Shown here piece by piece: positions 34,999 to 45,151 of a stretch of DNA of 64,000 bases (the stretch's first letter is position 1; every line of letters begins with the position of its first letter). Source of the stretch: Clostridiales bacterium. Its GTDB lineage: Bacteria > Bacillota > Clostridia > Christensenellales > Aristaeellaceae. Position numbers and translations under genes: made by a program. The notes beneath the pieces were generated by a model. It searched no databases, was not told the origin of the DNA, and worked only from the letters and a program-made list of their open reading frames with translations. The DNA lies in assembly GCA_015056055.1 (NCBI GenBank), contig SVHC01000010.1, positions 4,385 to 68,384 on the forward strand. The letters are read 5' to 3'.

Positions 34999-36003
34999 TT
35001 ATCGTACAAACATATAGATGAAATAGCCGATGTAAGCAGCGAGCATGATTGCGCCTTCTACACGATTGACCTTCCTGTCGGTTGCGGCGAACAGAAGCAC
35101 AAGAGCGCTGACGCCGATAACTGCAATTGTATCAATAACTGCAAGAATATCAACAGTGATGGGGGAGACAACCGCGCTCATACCAAGAATGTACACGATA
35201 TTAAAGATGTTTGAACCGACTACGTTACCGAGAGCGAGATCGCTTTCGCCCTTCTTTGCTGCAATCATGGAGGTTACAAGCTCCGGCAGCGAGGTTCCGA
35301 GTGCAACGATGGTCATACCGACGAGAGTTTCGCTCATGCCGAATTTGATCGCAATTGCCGAAGCACCGTCTACAACGAAATCGCCACCCAGAATGATGCA
35401 GGCAATACCGACAACGATAAAAATAAGAGACTTAAGAGGAGAGAGAACTTTGATTTCATCATCTTCTTCAACTGCACCGGCTTTGCGAACCTTGAGTGCA
35501 GAACTGATCTGCCAATACATGTAGAAAGCAAAGATTGCAAGAAGAACAGCTCCGCCGGCTGCGCCAAGCGTGTAGGTGACCCCGGCAACTGCGGCACTGC
35601 CTTCGCTTACTGCGGGCACTACGGGGTTCATGCCAAGCAAGAGCGCAACGAGAAGGGCAACGGTACAGAGAATAGAAAAGGGGATTTCTTTTTTTATCGA
35701 AGTGGGCAGCACGCAAACGGGGGCAATAAGGGCACTTGCACCAAGGACAACAAGGGTATTAAAAATGTTTGATCCTACTACATTGCTTACTGCAAGGGCA
35801 TTTTTTCCCGCAATGGCAGAACTAATGGAAACCGATGCTTCGGGAAGGCTCGTACCAAAGGCAACAACGGTGAGCCCGATAATGATTGCGGGAACCTTGA
35901 GAAGCTTTGCTACGCTCGAAGATCCTTCTACAAACCAGTCAGCACCCTTGATAAGCAGCACGAAGCCGCCAATGAGAGCCAAAAGTGCAAGGAAAATATT
36001 CAT
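34999..36003 (-). CDS. CaCA-family cation/Ca2+ antiporter (YrbG-like)
   Basis: Two alpha-repeat motifs, GLTVVAFGTSLPE and GMTIVALGTSLPE, each followed by GSNIFN. About 10 TM segments. AAGGAGGA RBS. Confidence 0.85.
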   Translation of the reverse strand: MNIFLALLALIGGFVLLIKGADWFVEGSSSVAKLLKVPAIIIGLTVVAFGTSLPEASVSISSAIAGKNALAVSNVVGSNIFNTLVVLGASALIAPVCVLPTSIKKEIPFSILCTVALLVALLLGMNPVVPAVSEGSAAVAGVTYTLGAAGGAVLLAIFAFYMYWQISSALKVRKAGAVEEDDEIKVLSPLKSLIFIVVGIACIILGGDFVVDGASAIAIKFGMSETLVGMTIVALGTSLPELVTSMIAAKKGESDLALGNVVGSNIFNIVYILGMSAVVSPITVDILAVIDTIAVIGVSALVLLFAATDRKVNRVEGAIMLAAYIGYFIYMFVR

Positions 36004-36266
36004 TTTTCCTACATCCTCCTTAAGTGTCCGTTTGTTATACTACCTATTATAATATAGCACCTCGATACAGGCACAGTAATTATAACCAACGATAAATTGA
36101 AAGTCAATGACTCACATTATCTTTTACAATAGGAAGAGAGATTGTCAAAGTGCTTTCGCACCGTCTCATTACGCAACTGCCAGCGATATTTACAACGGAG
36201 GCTGGCGAGAGCAAATCTTTGGATTTGCCGAACATAGCCAGCGCCGCTGTGGCGATGGCTGAAAAG

Positions 36267-36306
36267 AAAAGAGCCTTTCCTTTTCGGAAAAAGCTCTTTT
36301 GGCAGG
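36267..36306. repeat. copy A of a ~40-bp direct repeat (terminator hairpin plus TGGCAGG, the complement of the tRNA-Trp 3' end)
   Basis: AAAAGAGCCTTTCCTTTTCGGAAAAAGCTCTTTTGGCAGG compared with 37954-37993 AAAAGAGCCTTTCCTTTTCAGGAAAAGCTCTCATGGCAGG: 36 of 40 identical. It also acts as the terminator for 36311..36736. Confidence 0.75.
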
Positions 36307-36310
36307 TGGA

Positions 36311-36736
36311 TCAATCCCAATAATAGTGGAGCCTGTACAAATACAGACCGTTAACTGAGTCAAGGAGTTCTATTTCTTTGCCTATATTTCGATCAAGCGG
36401 AATTGGTTCTATGTCAAGCGTGGAAATAAGAATCCCTTCTTTGCTGGGAAAGCACTGTTTTGTTACCAGATAAATACCAGAGTATTCGGGCAGATATTCA
36501 ATCGTTTGGACAAAGCTGTTGCTTTCTGAAAGTAGTTTTGCTGCATGTTCTTCGGAAACAGATTGTTCCAATATTGCGTCAGTCACGAGTCTTTGCCAAG
36601 GAGATGAATTGGAAAGAATGTCGAGTGTTATCGCCTCAAATTGATTTGTATAACGAACAGAATATCCATAGCATAGGAGTATGCATATTTCAAAGACAAA
36701 AATCAACGATAGGCGAATCAAACGGCTATTTTTCAT
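36311..36736 (-). CDS. small secreted or membrane-anchored hypothetical protein
   Basis: MKNSRLIRLSLIFVFEICILLCYGYS N-terminal hydrophobic segment. AGGAGA RBS. Clearly AT-richer than flanking genes. Confidence 0.5.
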   Translation of the reverse strand: MKNSRLIRLSLIFVFEICILLCYGYSVRYTNQFEAITLDILSNSSPWQRLVTDAILEQSVSEEHAAKLLSESNSFVQTIEYLPEYSGIYLVTKQCFPSKEGILISTLDIEPIPLDRNIGKEIELLDSVNGLYLYRLHYYWD

Positions 36737-36761
36737 ATTGTCTCCTAACCCAAACCGCTAT

Positions 36762-37715
36762 TTATGCATTTTGGAGAATTTTTCCATATGCGGATAGATC
36801 CGGCTTGCCGTGAAGATCGATGTAATCTTGACCCAGGTAGCAGCCGAAGGCTGTGATTGAATTAAAGCCAAGGGAACGGTAGAAAGCCACATCCTGACGC
36901 ATTACATCTGCATGGAGTGTGAAGGGCTTGGGCGGGTAGACCCAGCCAGACAACAGGGAGTTATCCGTCCAGTAGTCGAGCACCTTGGCGTTCTCGGGCC
37001 CGAAAAAGGCCAGCAAGTCTTCCAGCCCCGTACGCTCAGACACATTCTCCGGGCAAGACGCATCATCAATGGGACGATTTAGTTTGCGGTGGAATGGCGC
37101 GTATTCCAGAAACACACCCGCATCCGGTTTGACCTGCGTGGGCACGCGCAGCGTATCCATGTAAGCGAGATAAGCTACACAGGCCTGAGGATCCACCTTG
37201 CGGATGCCGCGCTGCATTGCGTTGACAATCATCAGCTGCTGATCGGATGGAGATAAATGTCGGCAATACTCGCAATGGCAGCTATAGCTGGCTACATCAT
37301 CCAGCCAGAAATAATACAGGTGATTTTCAGCCGGCAGCTGCAATGCCAATTCTGCCGCACGATCTCCCAGCCGGGCGAGCCCCTCTTCGCTGCTAGCGCA
37401 GATGTTGAAGTCCGCCGTGCGCTCTCCTTCCTTATTCATGCGGAACCATGTCGGATGTTCAGCAAAAAGCGAGCGGGGCATCAGGAACGAAAGCGCATGC
37501 ATCTCATATTCGATGGTCAGACCCATCGCACGGGCTTTATCCAGCAGGGGATACATTTTTTCCTGTTGCTCCAGCATGCGCTGCACATGTGCATCCGCTT
37601 CCTTACCGCCCACAGGATGCAATCCCAGCACATTCAGGCCCAGTACAGAAAATTCGTCCAGCCAGCGCTCGTCCAACTCATGAGGATGAATCACCAGACC
37701 TCTGCGTTCGATCAT
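36762..37715 (-). CDS. TIM-barrel glycosidase-like protein (DUF4838-like)
   Basis: 317 aa. WLDDVASYSCHCEYCRHLSPSDQ (C-x-C-x2-C) is as I recall from DUF4838-type proteins. GGAGG RBS 9 nt before ATG 37715. Confidence 0.45.
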   Translation of the reverse strand: MIERRGLVIHPHELDERWLDEFSVLGLNVLGLHPVGGKEADAHVQRMLEQQEKMYPLLDKARAMGLTIEYEMHALSFLMPRSLFAEHPTWFRMNKEGERTADFNICASSEEGLARLGDRAAELALQLPAENHLYYFWLDDVASYSCHCEYCRHLSPSDQQLMIVNAMQRGIRKVDPQACVAYLAYMDTLRVPTQVKPDAGVFLEYAPFHRKLNRPIDDASCPENVSERTGLEDLLAFFGPENAKVLDYWTDNSLLSGWVYPPKPFTLHADVMRQDVAFYRSLGFNSITAFGCYLGQDYIDLHGKPDLSAYGKILQNA

Positions 37716-37953
37716 TCTGCACAACCTCCATTTTTCTTCGTTTTATCTATAATAGCATGTTTTCACCATGTTGACAACTTGCAGGGAATCCATTTGGAAG
37801 AGTACATAATGGCAACGGGAAAACGATCGCGAGCAGACTTTGCCGTTTTTCAGGTGCTACTTAGCGAGTTCTATATAACCTTATAATATTTTTTAGGTAC
37901 CCTTCATAGTTAACGCAGAGGTGTTTACGCTGCACTTGTGTCAGAGAAATAGA

Positions 37954-37986
37954 AAAAGAGCCTTTCCTTTTCAGGAAAAGCTCTCA
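37954..37986 (-). terminator. rho-independent terminator of tRNA-Trp 2 (copy B of the direct repeat)
   Basis: Minus strand reads AGAGCTTTTCC-tgaaaa-GGAAAGGCTCT followed by TTTTCTATTTC, directly after the CCA end. Confidence 0.75.
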
Positions 37987-38060
37987 TGGCAGGGGCAGTA
38001 AGACTCGAACTCACAACAAAGGTTTTGGAGACCCACGTGTTACCATTACACCATGCCCCT
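37987..38060 (-). tRNA. trnW: tRNA-Trp (anticodon CCA), second copy
   Basis: Identical to copy 1 through position 47. The T arm differs by compensated changes (GTGAG-TTCGAGT-CTTAC versus GAGGG-TTCGAGT-CCTTC). Acceptor and CCA end are identical. Confidence 0.9.
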
Positions 38061-38081
38061 ATGTTCTTTCGAACAGTTGCC

Positions 38082-38110
38082 ATTATAACCGATTCGGCAG
38101 GTGTTGTCAA
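38082..38110 (-). promoter_or_regulatory. sigma-A promoter of tRNA-Trp 2
   Basis: Minus strand reads TTGACA (38110-38105), a 17-nt spacer, then TATAAT (38087-38082). The offset from the tRNA 5' end (22 nt) matches copy 1. Confidence 0.75.
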
Positions 38111-38386
38111 TAGGGAAATGAAAGAAATTTGTAGGTGAAATGCAGGGATGCTGGCGGGAAATGGGGATTTTTGCAGAAAGAGAAATGGGGGAAGGCCAAT
38201 GAAGACAAATTCTTCTGCAAAAAAGGAAATATAATCCATATAATCTTGACGAGGCGAGGATTTTGGTTCATAATAGAATAAGATAATACTGCACAAATAC
38301 ATATAGTGTGTGAATGCGTTTTTGCGGTTTGCAGATATGCATATCCGCGCTGTGATCGTTGTGCAAATTCATATCTGGAGGATGCT

Positions 38387-39670
38387 ATGGCAAAGCGCAT
38401 AGCGGCGGTGGAACCGGGTGGAATCGCAGAGGAACTTGGTCTGCGTGAGGGTGATGTTATTGAGGAAATCAATGGCGAACCCGTACTGGATTCCATCGAC
38501 TATCAGGCACTGATATACGAATCGAAGATTGTTATGAAAACGTCGAGGGAAGAGTATGAATTCGAGAAGGATGAGTACGAGCCCCTTGGCCTTCAACTGG
38601 AAGCAGACGGGATTAGGAACTGTGTCAACAACTGCCTGTTCTGCTTTGTGGAGCAACTGCCGTGCAATGTACGCGATACGATGCGCGTAAAGGATGATGA
38701 CTGGCGCCAGTCGCTGATCATGGGAAACTTTGTCACACTGACGAATGTGCATGAAAAGGAATTGGAGCGCATCGTTCGCAGGGGGGCTTCTCCGCTGTAT
38801 ATTTCGGTACATGCTACCGAGCCGGAATTGCGCAAGAAGCTTCTGGGCTGCGAGAATGCAGGGAATATTATGGAAGTACTCCGCAAACTCCAAAAAGGCG
38901 GTATTTCCTATCATTTGCAGGCGGTACTTTGCCCCGGAATCAACGATGGCGAAGCGCTGGAACGCACGATTGAGGATCTTTATTCGCTTGTGCCGGAAGC
39001 ACTTTCGCTGGCGCTGGTGCCTGTGGGACTTACGAAATTCCGCGATGAACTTACACCGCTGCGTGGTTTTAATAAGGAAGAGGCAAAGGCGGTTCTGGAT
39101 ATTGCGGCCCGCTGGCGCAGAAAGAGCCTGAAAGAACATGGAACGCGATTTGTGTTCCCGTCGGATGAGTTCTATCTCCTGGCAGGCGAGGAAGTTCCGT
39201 TTGATACCGAGTATGAGGATTATGCACAGATTGACAATGGCATCGGTCTTCTTAGAATGCTGGAAACGGAATTCAGTTTTGCTTATGAGGATATGCGGCT
39301 GAAGAAAAAGAAGCCTGCAAAGGTTGTGATTGCAACCGGCGTTTCGGCTCAGCCGTTCTTGGAAAAGCTCATGCGCGATCATCCGGTTGGAAATGTGAAG
39401 GTTTCTGTAAAGGCAATCCGCAATACATTCTTTGGCGAAACCGTTACGGTCGCAGGTTTGATTACGGGCGGTGACCTTGTAAACCAGCTTAAGGGTGTTA
39501 AGGCAGATGCAATCCTGATCACGTGCTGCATGCTCAGGGCAGGGGAAGACGTCTTCCTTGATGATATGACACTTGATGAAGCGACATGCCAGCTTGGTAT
39601 TCCGATCATTCCTGTAGAACGGTCGGGCGATGCGCTTCTTGACACTTTGATTGAAATTTCGGAGGGATAA
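38387..39670 (+). CDS. PDZ-domain radical-SAM-like protein (DUF512 / COG1625 type)
   Basis: N-terminal PDZ-like GIAEELGLREGDVIEEINGEPV. CxxxCxxC cluster CVNNCLFC. GGAGGA RBS before ATG 38387; the track start is an extension. Confidence 0.7.
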   Translation: MAKRIAAVEPGGIAEELGLREGDVIEEINGEPVLDSIDYQALIYESKIVMKTSREEYEFEKDEYEPLGLQLEADGIRNCVNNCLFCFVEQLPCNVRDTMRVKDDDWRQSLIMGNFVTLTNVHEKELERIVRRGASPLYISVHATEPELRKKLLGCENAGNIMEVLRKLQKGGISYHLQAVLCPGINDGEALERTIEDLYSLVPEALSLALVPVGLTKFRDELTPLRGFNKEEAKAVLDIAARWRRKSLKEHGTRFVFPSDEFYLLAGEEVPFDTEYEDYAQIDNGIGLLRMLETEFSFAYEDMRLKKKKPAKVVIATGVSAQPFLEKLMRDHPVGNVKVSVKAIRNTFFGETVTVAGLITGGDLVNQLKGVKADAILITCCMLRAGEDVFLDDMTLDEATCQLGIPIIPVERSGDALLDTLIEISEG

Positions 39671-39671
39671 A

Positions 39672-40994
39672 ATGGCAAGACCGCTTGTTGCAATCGTTGG
39701 ACGTCCGAATGTCGGTAAAAGCACATTTTTCAATAAAATGGCCGGCAGCCGCATTTCGATTGTCGAAAATACGCCCGGTGTTACGCGTGACCGCGTATAC
39801 GCAGACTGCGAATGGCAGAATTACAAATTTACCATGATCGATACCGGTGGTATTGATCCTGACAGCGATGATCCGTTGCTCAAGCAGATGCGCAGGCAGG
39901 CGGAAATCGCAATCGAAACCTGCGACGTTATCCTGTTCTTTGTGGACGGAAAAGAAGGCGTTACCGCAGATGACGAAACCGTTGCCGACCTGATTCGCCG
40001 CTCCGGCAAGCCCACGCTGCTGGTTGTCAACAAGGTGGACAACGTGGGCCAGATGGCGAATATCTATGATTTTTACCAGCTCGGTATGGGTGACCCGATC
40101 GGCGTATCTTCCATCAATCTTTTGAACTTTGGCGACCTGCTGGAGGAAATCTGCAAGCATTTCCCCGAGCCGGATGAAGAAGATGATGAGGAAGAGGTCG
40201 TAAAAATTGCCGTTGTAGGCAAGCCGAATGTAGGCAAATCTTCTCTCGTAAACCGTCTGCTTGGCGAGGACCGCGTCATGGTGTCCGATATTGCGGGAAC
40301 TACGCGCGATGCAATTGACACGCACTTTACCGATAATGGCGAGGAGTTCGTTCTGATTGACACGGCAGGTATCCGCCGCAAACGTGCGATTGCATATCAG
40401 TCGCTGGAACGCTTCTCCGTGGTTCGCTCTTTTGCTGCTATTGACCGCGCAAATGTCGTGCTTCTGGTAATCGATGCTACGCAGGGTGTCACCGAGCAGG
40501 ATACCAAGATTGCCGGTTATATTGATGAACAGGGCAAGGCAGCTGTTATCGTAATCAACAAGTGGGACGCTGTTGCCAAAGAAACCGGAACACTGGAATC
40601 TTTCACAAAGGAAATTCGCAAGGATCTGCAGTTCATGGATTATGCGCCGGTTATCTTCCTGTCGGCTCTGACCGGTCAGCGTGTAAACCGCCTGATCGAC
40701 AAGGTGCGCGAGGTGCAGGCTCAGACTACCCGCCGCATCACCACCGGTCTTCTGAACGACGTTCTGGCTGATGCACAGAATGCAATGCAGCCGCCGAGCA
40801 TGTCCGGACGCCGCCTGCGTATCTATTACGCAACGCAGGCATCCGTTGCGCCTCCCACGTTTGTTCTTTTCGTCAATGACGAAAAGCTTATGCACTTCTC
40901 TTATGAGCGATATCTGCAGAATGCATTCCGCAAGGCCTTTGGATTTGACGGAACGCCCATTCGCTTTATCCTTAGGGAGAAGGTGAAGGACTAA
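39672..40994 (+). CDS. der: ribosome-associated GTPase Der (EngA), double G-domain
   Basis: Two G1 motifs, GRPNVGKST and GKPNVGKSS. DTGG and DTAG. NKVD and NKWD. C-terminal KH-like domain. Confidence 0.95.
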   Translation: MARPLVAIVGRPNVGKSTFFNKMAGSRISIVENTPGVTRDRVYADCEWQNYKFTMIDTGGIDPDSDDPLLKQMRRQAEIAIETCDVILFFVDGKEGVTADDETVADLIRRSGKPTLLVVNKVDNVGQMANIYDFYQLGMGDPIGVSSINLLNFGDLLEEICKHFPEPDEEDDEEEVVKIAVVGKPNVGKSSLVNRLLGEDRVMVSDIAGTTRDAIDTHFTDNGEEFVLIDTAGIRRKRAIAYQSLERFSVVRSFAAIDRANVVLLVIDATQGVTEQDTKIAGYIDEQGKAAVIVINKWDAVAKETGTLESFTKEIRKDLQFMDYAPVIFLSALTGQRVNRLIDKVREVQAQTTRRITTGLLNDVLADAQNAMQPPSMSGRRLRIYYATQASVAPPTFVLFVNDEKLMHFSYERYLQNAFRKAFGFDGTPIRFILREKVKD

Positions 40995-41623
40995 TGATTT
41001 TTCTGAAATATGCGTTTTGTGCGATTATCGGATACCTTTTGGGAACCTTTACGGCAGGTGTGTTTGTAGCAAAGGTATTTTCCAATTTGGATATTCGCAA
41101 GGTGGGCAGCGGAAATCCCGGCACTACGAATGTACTGCGTACGCTTGGGTGGCTTCCGAGCATTCTGACCCTGTTGGGTGATATGATCAAAGGATTGCTC
41201 GGTGCATGGATCGGCTATCTTCTGGCAGGCGATATCGGCGCCCGTATTGGCGGCGTATGTGCCGTAGCAGGTCACAATTGGCCGGTATTTGCGGGCTTTA
41301 AGGGCGGCAAGGGAATTGCCGCTTCATGGGGCGCGATCCTTGCAATCGAGCCTTGGTTCGGTCTTGCTATTCTGGTGGTTGAAATCGGAACCATTGCGGT
41401 GACTCGATGTGTATCCATTGCATCCATTGCTGCAGCGGTGTCATATTCGATCCTTACAATCATTTTCCGCTGGGGCAACTGGACGTACATTGCTTTTGCG
41501 CTGGTTCTGACTGCGTTCGCGGTTTATAGCCATCGTGCAAACATTGACCGCCTGATCAAAGGTACGGAAAACAAACTGGACTTTAAGAAAATCAATTCGA
41601 TTTCCAAGAATCGTAAGAAGTAA
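40994..41623 (+). CDS. plsY: glycerol-3-phosphate acyltransferase PlsY
   Basis: GSGNPGTTNVLR, HNWPVFAGFKGGKG, polytopic. TAATG overlap with der. Confidence 0.9.
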   Translation: MIFLKYAFCAIIGYLLGTFTAGVFVAKVFSNLDIRKVGSGNPGTTNVLRTLGWLPSILTLLGDMIKGLLGAWIGYLLAGDIGARIGGVCAVAGHNWPVFAGFKGGKGIAASWGAILAIEPWFGLAILVVEIGTIAVTRCVSIASIAAAVSYSILTIIFRWGNWTYIAFALVLTAFAVYSHRANIDRLIKGTENKLDFKKINSISKNRKK

Positions 41624-41643
41624 AAGAATAGGGGGAAACACAA

Positions 41644-43173
41644 ATGGCTCACAAGTATTTGATTGGTATTGACAATGGTACCTCCGGCGTAAAGTGCATC
41701 GTAGTAGATGAAACCGGTGCTGTTGCCGCAAGCAAAACGGTGGAATATCCGCTGTACACTCCTCGTCCCGGCTGGGCAGAGCAGAATCCCATCGACTGGT
41801 GGAATGCTACCGTTGAAGGCCTGAAGGCAATCGTATCCCGCGTTCCTGCCGATGAGATCGTAGGTGTAAGCTACTCCGGCCAGATGCATGGTCTTGTTGC
41901 TCTGGATGCCAACAACGAAGTTATTCGTCCCGCAATTCTCTGGTGCGATCAGCGTACCCAGAAGCAGTGCGACTGGATTACCGAAAAGGCAGGCGGCCTG
42001 TCCGGTCTTCTGACCTACACCAACAACGCTATGCTCACCGGCTACACCGGCGGCAAGCTCATCTGGCTCAAGGAAGAAGAGCCGGAAAACTTCGGCAAGA
42101 TGCGCTATTTCGTCTGCCCGAAGGACTATATCCGTTACATGATGACCGGCGAAATCATGACCGATGTTTCTGAAGCATCCGGTACCGGTTTCTTCAATAC
42201 CCGCGAGCGTAAGTGGAGCGAAGATCTGATCGCTCTGTCCGGTCTGCCGCGCTCCATCTTCCCGGACGTTGTTGAATCCAGCGCACCGGCCGGCAAGATC
42301 ACTCCCGAAGTTGCAGCTCTCACCGGTATCCCGGCAGGCACTCCTGTATTTGCCGGCGGCGGCGACGCTGTTATCCAGACGACCGGCGCAGGCCTGATCG
42401 CTCCCGGTATTCTGGGTGTTGCCATCGGTACTTCCGGTAACGTAGCAATGGGTCTGGGCGGCTATGCAGACAACCCCGGCGGAAAGCTGCAGATGTTCTG
42501 CAACAATGCTCCTGATCTGTGGCATGCTTTCGGCTGCACGCTGACTGCAGGCGGTGCATATCGCTGGTACCGTGATACCCTGTGCGAAATGGATTGCGCA
42601 GCTGCCAAGCAGATGGGCATTGGTGCATATGACGTAATGGGCGCTCAGGCCGAGGCTTCCCGTCCCGGTTCCAACGGCGTTATTTTCCTGCCGTACCTGA
42701 CCGGCGAACGCTGCCCCTATCCGGATCCGAATGCACGCGGCACCTTCTACGGCCTGTCTCTGGGCACCACCCGCGGTGACATCACCCGTTCCGTAATGGA
42801 AGGCGTTACCTACTCTCTGAAGCAGGTTGGCGATGTTATGGCTGCACTGACCGCTCCCGAGAAGATCTATCTCTCCGGCGGCGGAAGCTATTCCAAGCTG
42901 TGGCGCCAGATGACTGCGGATATTTTCCAGCTGCCGGTATACACCATGTCTGCTGCAGGCGAGGGCGGCGCATACGGCGCAGTTCTGGTAGCAGGCGTTG
43001 GCGCAGGCGTATGGAAGGATCTGAAGGAAGCTGCAAGCATTCTGCAGGTTGAAACCGAAACTCTGCCCAATCCGGCAAACTTCGCCGCATACGAGGATGC
43101 ATACAGCGTATACGATAAGCTGTACGGCGCTCTGAAGCCGGTATTCGACCACGGCGCAGGCCTGGGTTATTAA
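41644..43173 (+). CDS. FGGY-family carbohydrate kinase, xylulokinase-like
   Basis: IGIDNGTSGVKCIVVD, GGGDAVIQTTGAG, LSGGGSYSKLWRQMTADIF. Confidence 0.8.
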   Translation: MAHKYLIGIDNGTSGVKCIVVDETGAVAASKTVEYPLYTPRPGWAEQNPIDWWNATVEGLKAIVSRVPADEIVGVSYSGQMHGLVALDANNEVIRPAILWCDQRTQKQCDWITEKAGGLSGLLTYTNNAMLTGYTGGKLIWLKEEEPENFGKMRYFVCPKDYIRYMMTGEIMTDVSEASGTGFFNTRERKWSEDLIALSGLPRSIFPDVVESSAPAGKITPEVAALTGIPAGTPVFAGGGDAVIQTTGAGLIAPGILGVAIGTSGNVAMGLGGYADNPGGKLQMFCNNAPDLWHAFGCTLTAGGAYRWYRDTLCEMDCAAAKQMGIGAYDVMGAQAEASRPGSNGVIFLPYLTGERCPYPDPNARGTFYGLSLGTTRGDITRSVMEGVTYSLKQVGDVMAALTAPEKIYLSGGGSYSKLWRQMTADIFQLPVYTMSAAGEGGAYGAVLVAGVGAGVWKDLKEAASILQVETETLPNPANFAAYEDAYSVYDKLYGALKPVFDHGAGLGY

Positions 43174-43177
43174 GAAA

Positions 43178-45151
43178 ATGGCAAAACGCTATGAGGCCAG
43201 CGATATCCAAATATTAGAAGGTCTTGACGCAGTTCGCATGCGCCCGGGAATGTATATCGGTTCCACGGGCGCACGCGGCCTGCACCATATGATATGGGAA
43301 ATCGTTGACAATGCAATTGATGAAGCCGCCAACGGCTATGCAACCGAAATTTCGGTTACGCTGATGAAGGACGGCTCCTGCGAAGTTGCGGACAATGGGC
43401 GCGGCATTCCGGTGGGGATTCATCCCAAGCTTGGAATTTCTGCGGTTGAGGTTGTCTATACGCAGCTGCACGCAGGTGGAAAATTTGATAATGAAAACTA
43501 CGCCTACTCCGGCGGTCTGCACGGGGTAGGCGCGAGCGTCGTTAACGCTCTTTCGGAATGGCTGGTGGTCGATGTCTATCAGGACTATACGCACTATCAG
43601 CAGCGGTATGAGAGTGTGGCGGATAAATCCGGTAAGATTGTGTCCGGTAAGCCTGTAGCGCCACTTGCAAAGGTGGGTAATACGCGCAAGCGTGGAACCA
43701 CTGTTCGATTCAAGCCCGATCCGCGCGTTTTTGAGGAAACCAATTTTTCCGGCGATACTGTACGCCGACGCATTCGCGAACTTGCTTACCTTAATGGTGG
43801 TGTGAAGTTTGTATTCGACGATGAAAGGCAGAAAGACCCGGAAAAGCGGCACAGCGAATTCCTCTTTGAGGGCGGTTTGTCGGATTTTGTAAAGTATCTG
43901 AATGCAGAGAAGAATCCGGAATCCGAGCCGATCCTTTTCGAAGGCAGAAAGGACAGCACACGTCTTCGCGTTGCTATCCAGTACACCGACTCCTATACAG
44001 AGAATACCTTTTCGTTTGTGAATAATATTCCTACGGGTGAAGGCGGAACGCATGAAAGTGGGTTCAAGGCTGCATTCACAAAGGTATTCAATGATTATGC
44101 GCGCAAAATCGGTGCATTGAAAGATAAGGACAATAATCTTTCGGGCGATGACTTCCGCGAAGGCATGACTGCCATCATTGCAGCGAATGTCAAAAAACCG
44201 CAGTTTGAAGGGCAGACTAAGGGAAGACTTGGCAATACCGAAGTCCGTCCTGCAGTCGAAGCTATTGTAACTGAACAGCTTACGCTGTATCTGGAGGATC
44301 TCAAAAACCAGGCTACGGCTCAGTTGATCGTTGAAAAGGCGGTAAAGGCTGCAAAGGTGCGCGAGGCTGCCCGAAAAGCGCGCGATGTTGCACGTCAGAA
44401 GAACCAGCTGGAGGCAGCTCCTCTGGTAGGCAAGCTTTCCAGCTGCACAGGAAGAACTCCTGCTGATAATGAACTGTTTATCGTAGAGGGTGACTCCGCA
44501 GGCGGAAGTGCAAAACAGGGCCGTGACAGAAGATTTCAGGCGATTCTACCGCTGCGTGGAAAGCCTCTCAACGCTGAGAAAAAGCGTTTGGATCAGGTGC
44601 TTCTGAATGAGGAATTCCGATCCATTATTACTGCGCTTGGTACGGGTATCGGCGAGGATTTCGATCTGAAATCGCTGAAATACCATAAGGTCATCATCCT
44701 TTCGGATGCTGATCAGGATGGCGCACACATCCGTGCCATACTGCTTACGTTCTTCTTCCGCTATATGCGCGAACTTGTAACCAGCGGACACGTCTTTATC
44801 GGCATGCCGCCGCTTTACAAGGTTCAGAAGGGAACGAACATCGAATATTGCTACGATGATGCTGCGCTTCCGGATGCCATCCGGCGTGTCGGGCGCGGAT
44901 ATACACTGCAGCGCTATAAAGGTCTTGGCGAAATGAATCCTGAACAGCTGTGGGAAACCACCATGAACCCGCAGGGCAGAAAGCTTATGCAGGTTACGAT
45001 CGAGGATCTCGCAGAAGCAGACCACATGGTAACGCTGCTTATGGGTGATAAGGTAGAGCCGCGCAAGGAATACATCACGCAGCATGCCAATTTCAATAAA
45101 GAGGACAATTTCATGCCGGTAGGAGGGGTGAACAATGGCGAAGAAGCCTAA
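43178..45151 (+). CDS. parE: type IIA DNA topoisomerase subunit B (ParE-like; GyrB not excluded)
   Basis: [62 protein letters not shown]. Confidence 0.85.
   Translation: MAKRYEASDIQILEGLDAVRMRPGMYIGSTGARGLHHMIWEIVDNAIDEAANGYATEISVTLMKDGSCEVADNGRGIPVGIHPKLGISAVEVVYTQLHAGGKFDNENYAYSGGLHGVGASVVNALSEWLVVDVYQDYTHYQQRYESVADKSGKIVSGKPVAPLAKVGNTRKRGTTVRFKPDPRVFEETNFSGDTVRRRIRELAYLNGGVKFVFDDERQKDPEKRHSEFLFEGGLSDFVKYLNAEKNPESEPILFEGRKDSTRLRVAIQYTDSYTENTFSFVNNIPTGEGGTHESGFKAAFTKVFNDYARKIGALKDKDNNLSGDDFREGMTAIIAANVKKPQFEGQTKGRLGNTEVRPAVEAIVTEQLTLYLEDLKNQATAQLIVEKAVKAAKVREAARKARDVARQKNQLEAAPLVGKLSSCTGRTPADNELFIVEGDSAGGSAKQGRDRRFQAILPLRGKPLNAEKKRLDQVLLNEEFRSIITALGTGIGEDFDLKSLKYHKVIILSDADQDGAHIRAILLTFFFRYMRELVTSGHVFIGMPPLYKVQKGTNIEYCYDDAALPDAIRRVGRGYTLQRYKGLGEMNPEQLWETTMNPQGRKLMQVTIEDLAEADHMVTLLMGDKVEPRKEYITQHANFNKEDNFMPVGGVNNGEEA

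Noticed and set aside
36117-36320. 67-aa minus ORF upstream of the antiporter
   Set aside because: It spans the direct-repeat/terminator copy and has no RBS, so it is most likely non-coding.
5954-38110. The tRNA-bracketed 32 kb as an integrative conjugative element or prophage
   Set aside because: No integrase, excisionase, relaxase, T4SS, capsid or terminase genes are present, and several genes are ordinary metabolic ones. I report it only as a repeat-bracketed accessory block.
38369-43152. Long minus-strand ORFs 38369..39754, 39606..40895 and 41524..43152
   Set aside because: They are antisense to DUF512, der and the FGGY kinase, which all carry unmistakable motifs on the + strand. The shadows are Arg/His/Cys-rich and have no motifs.
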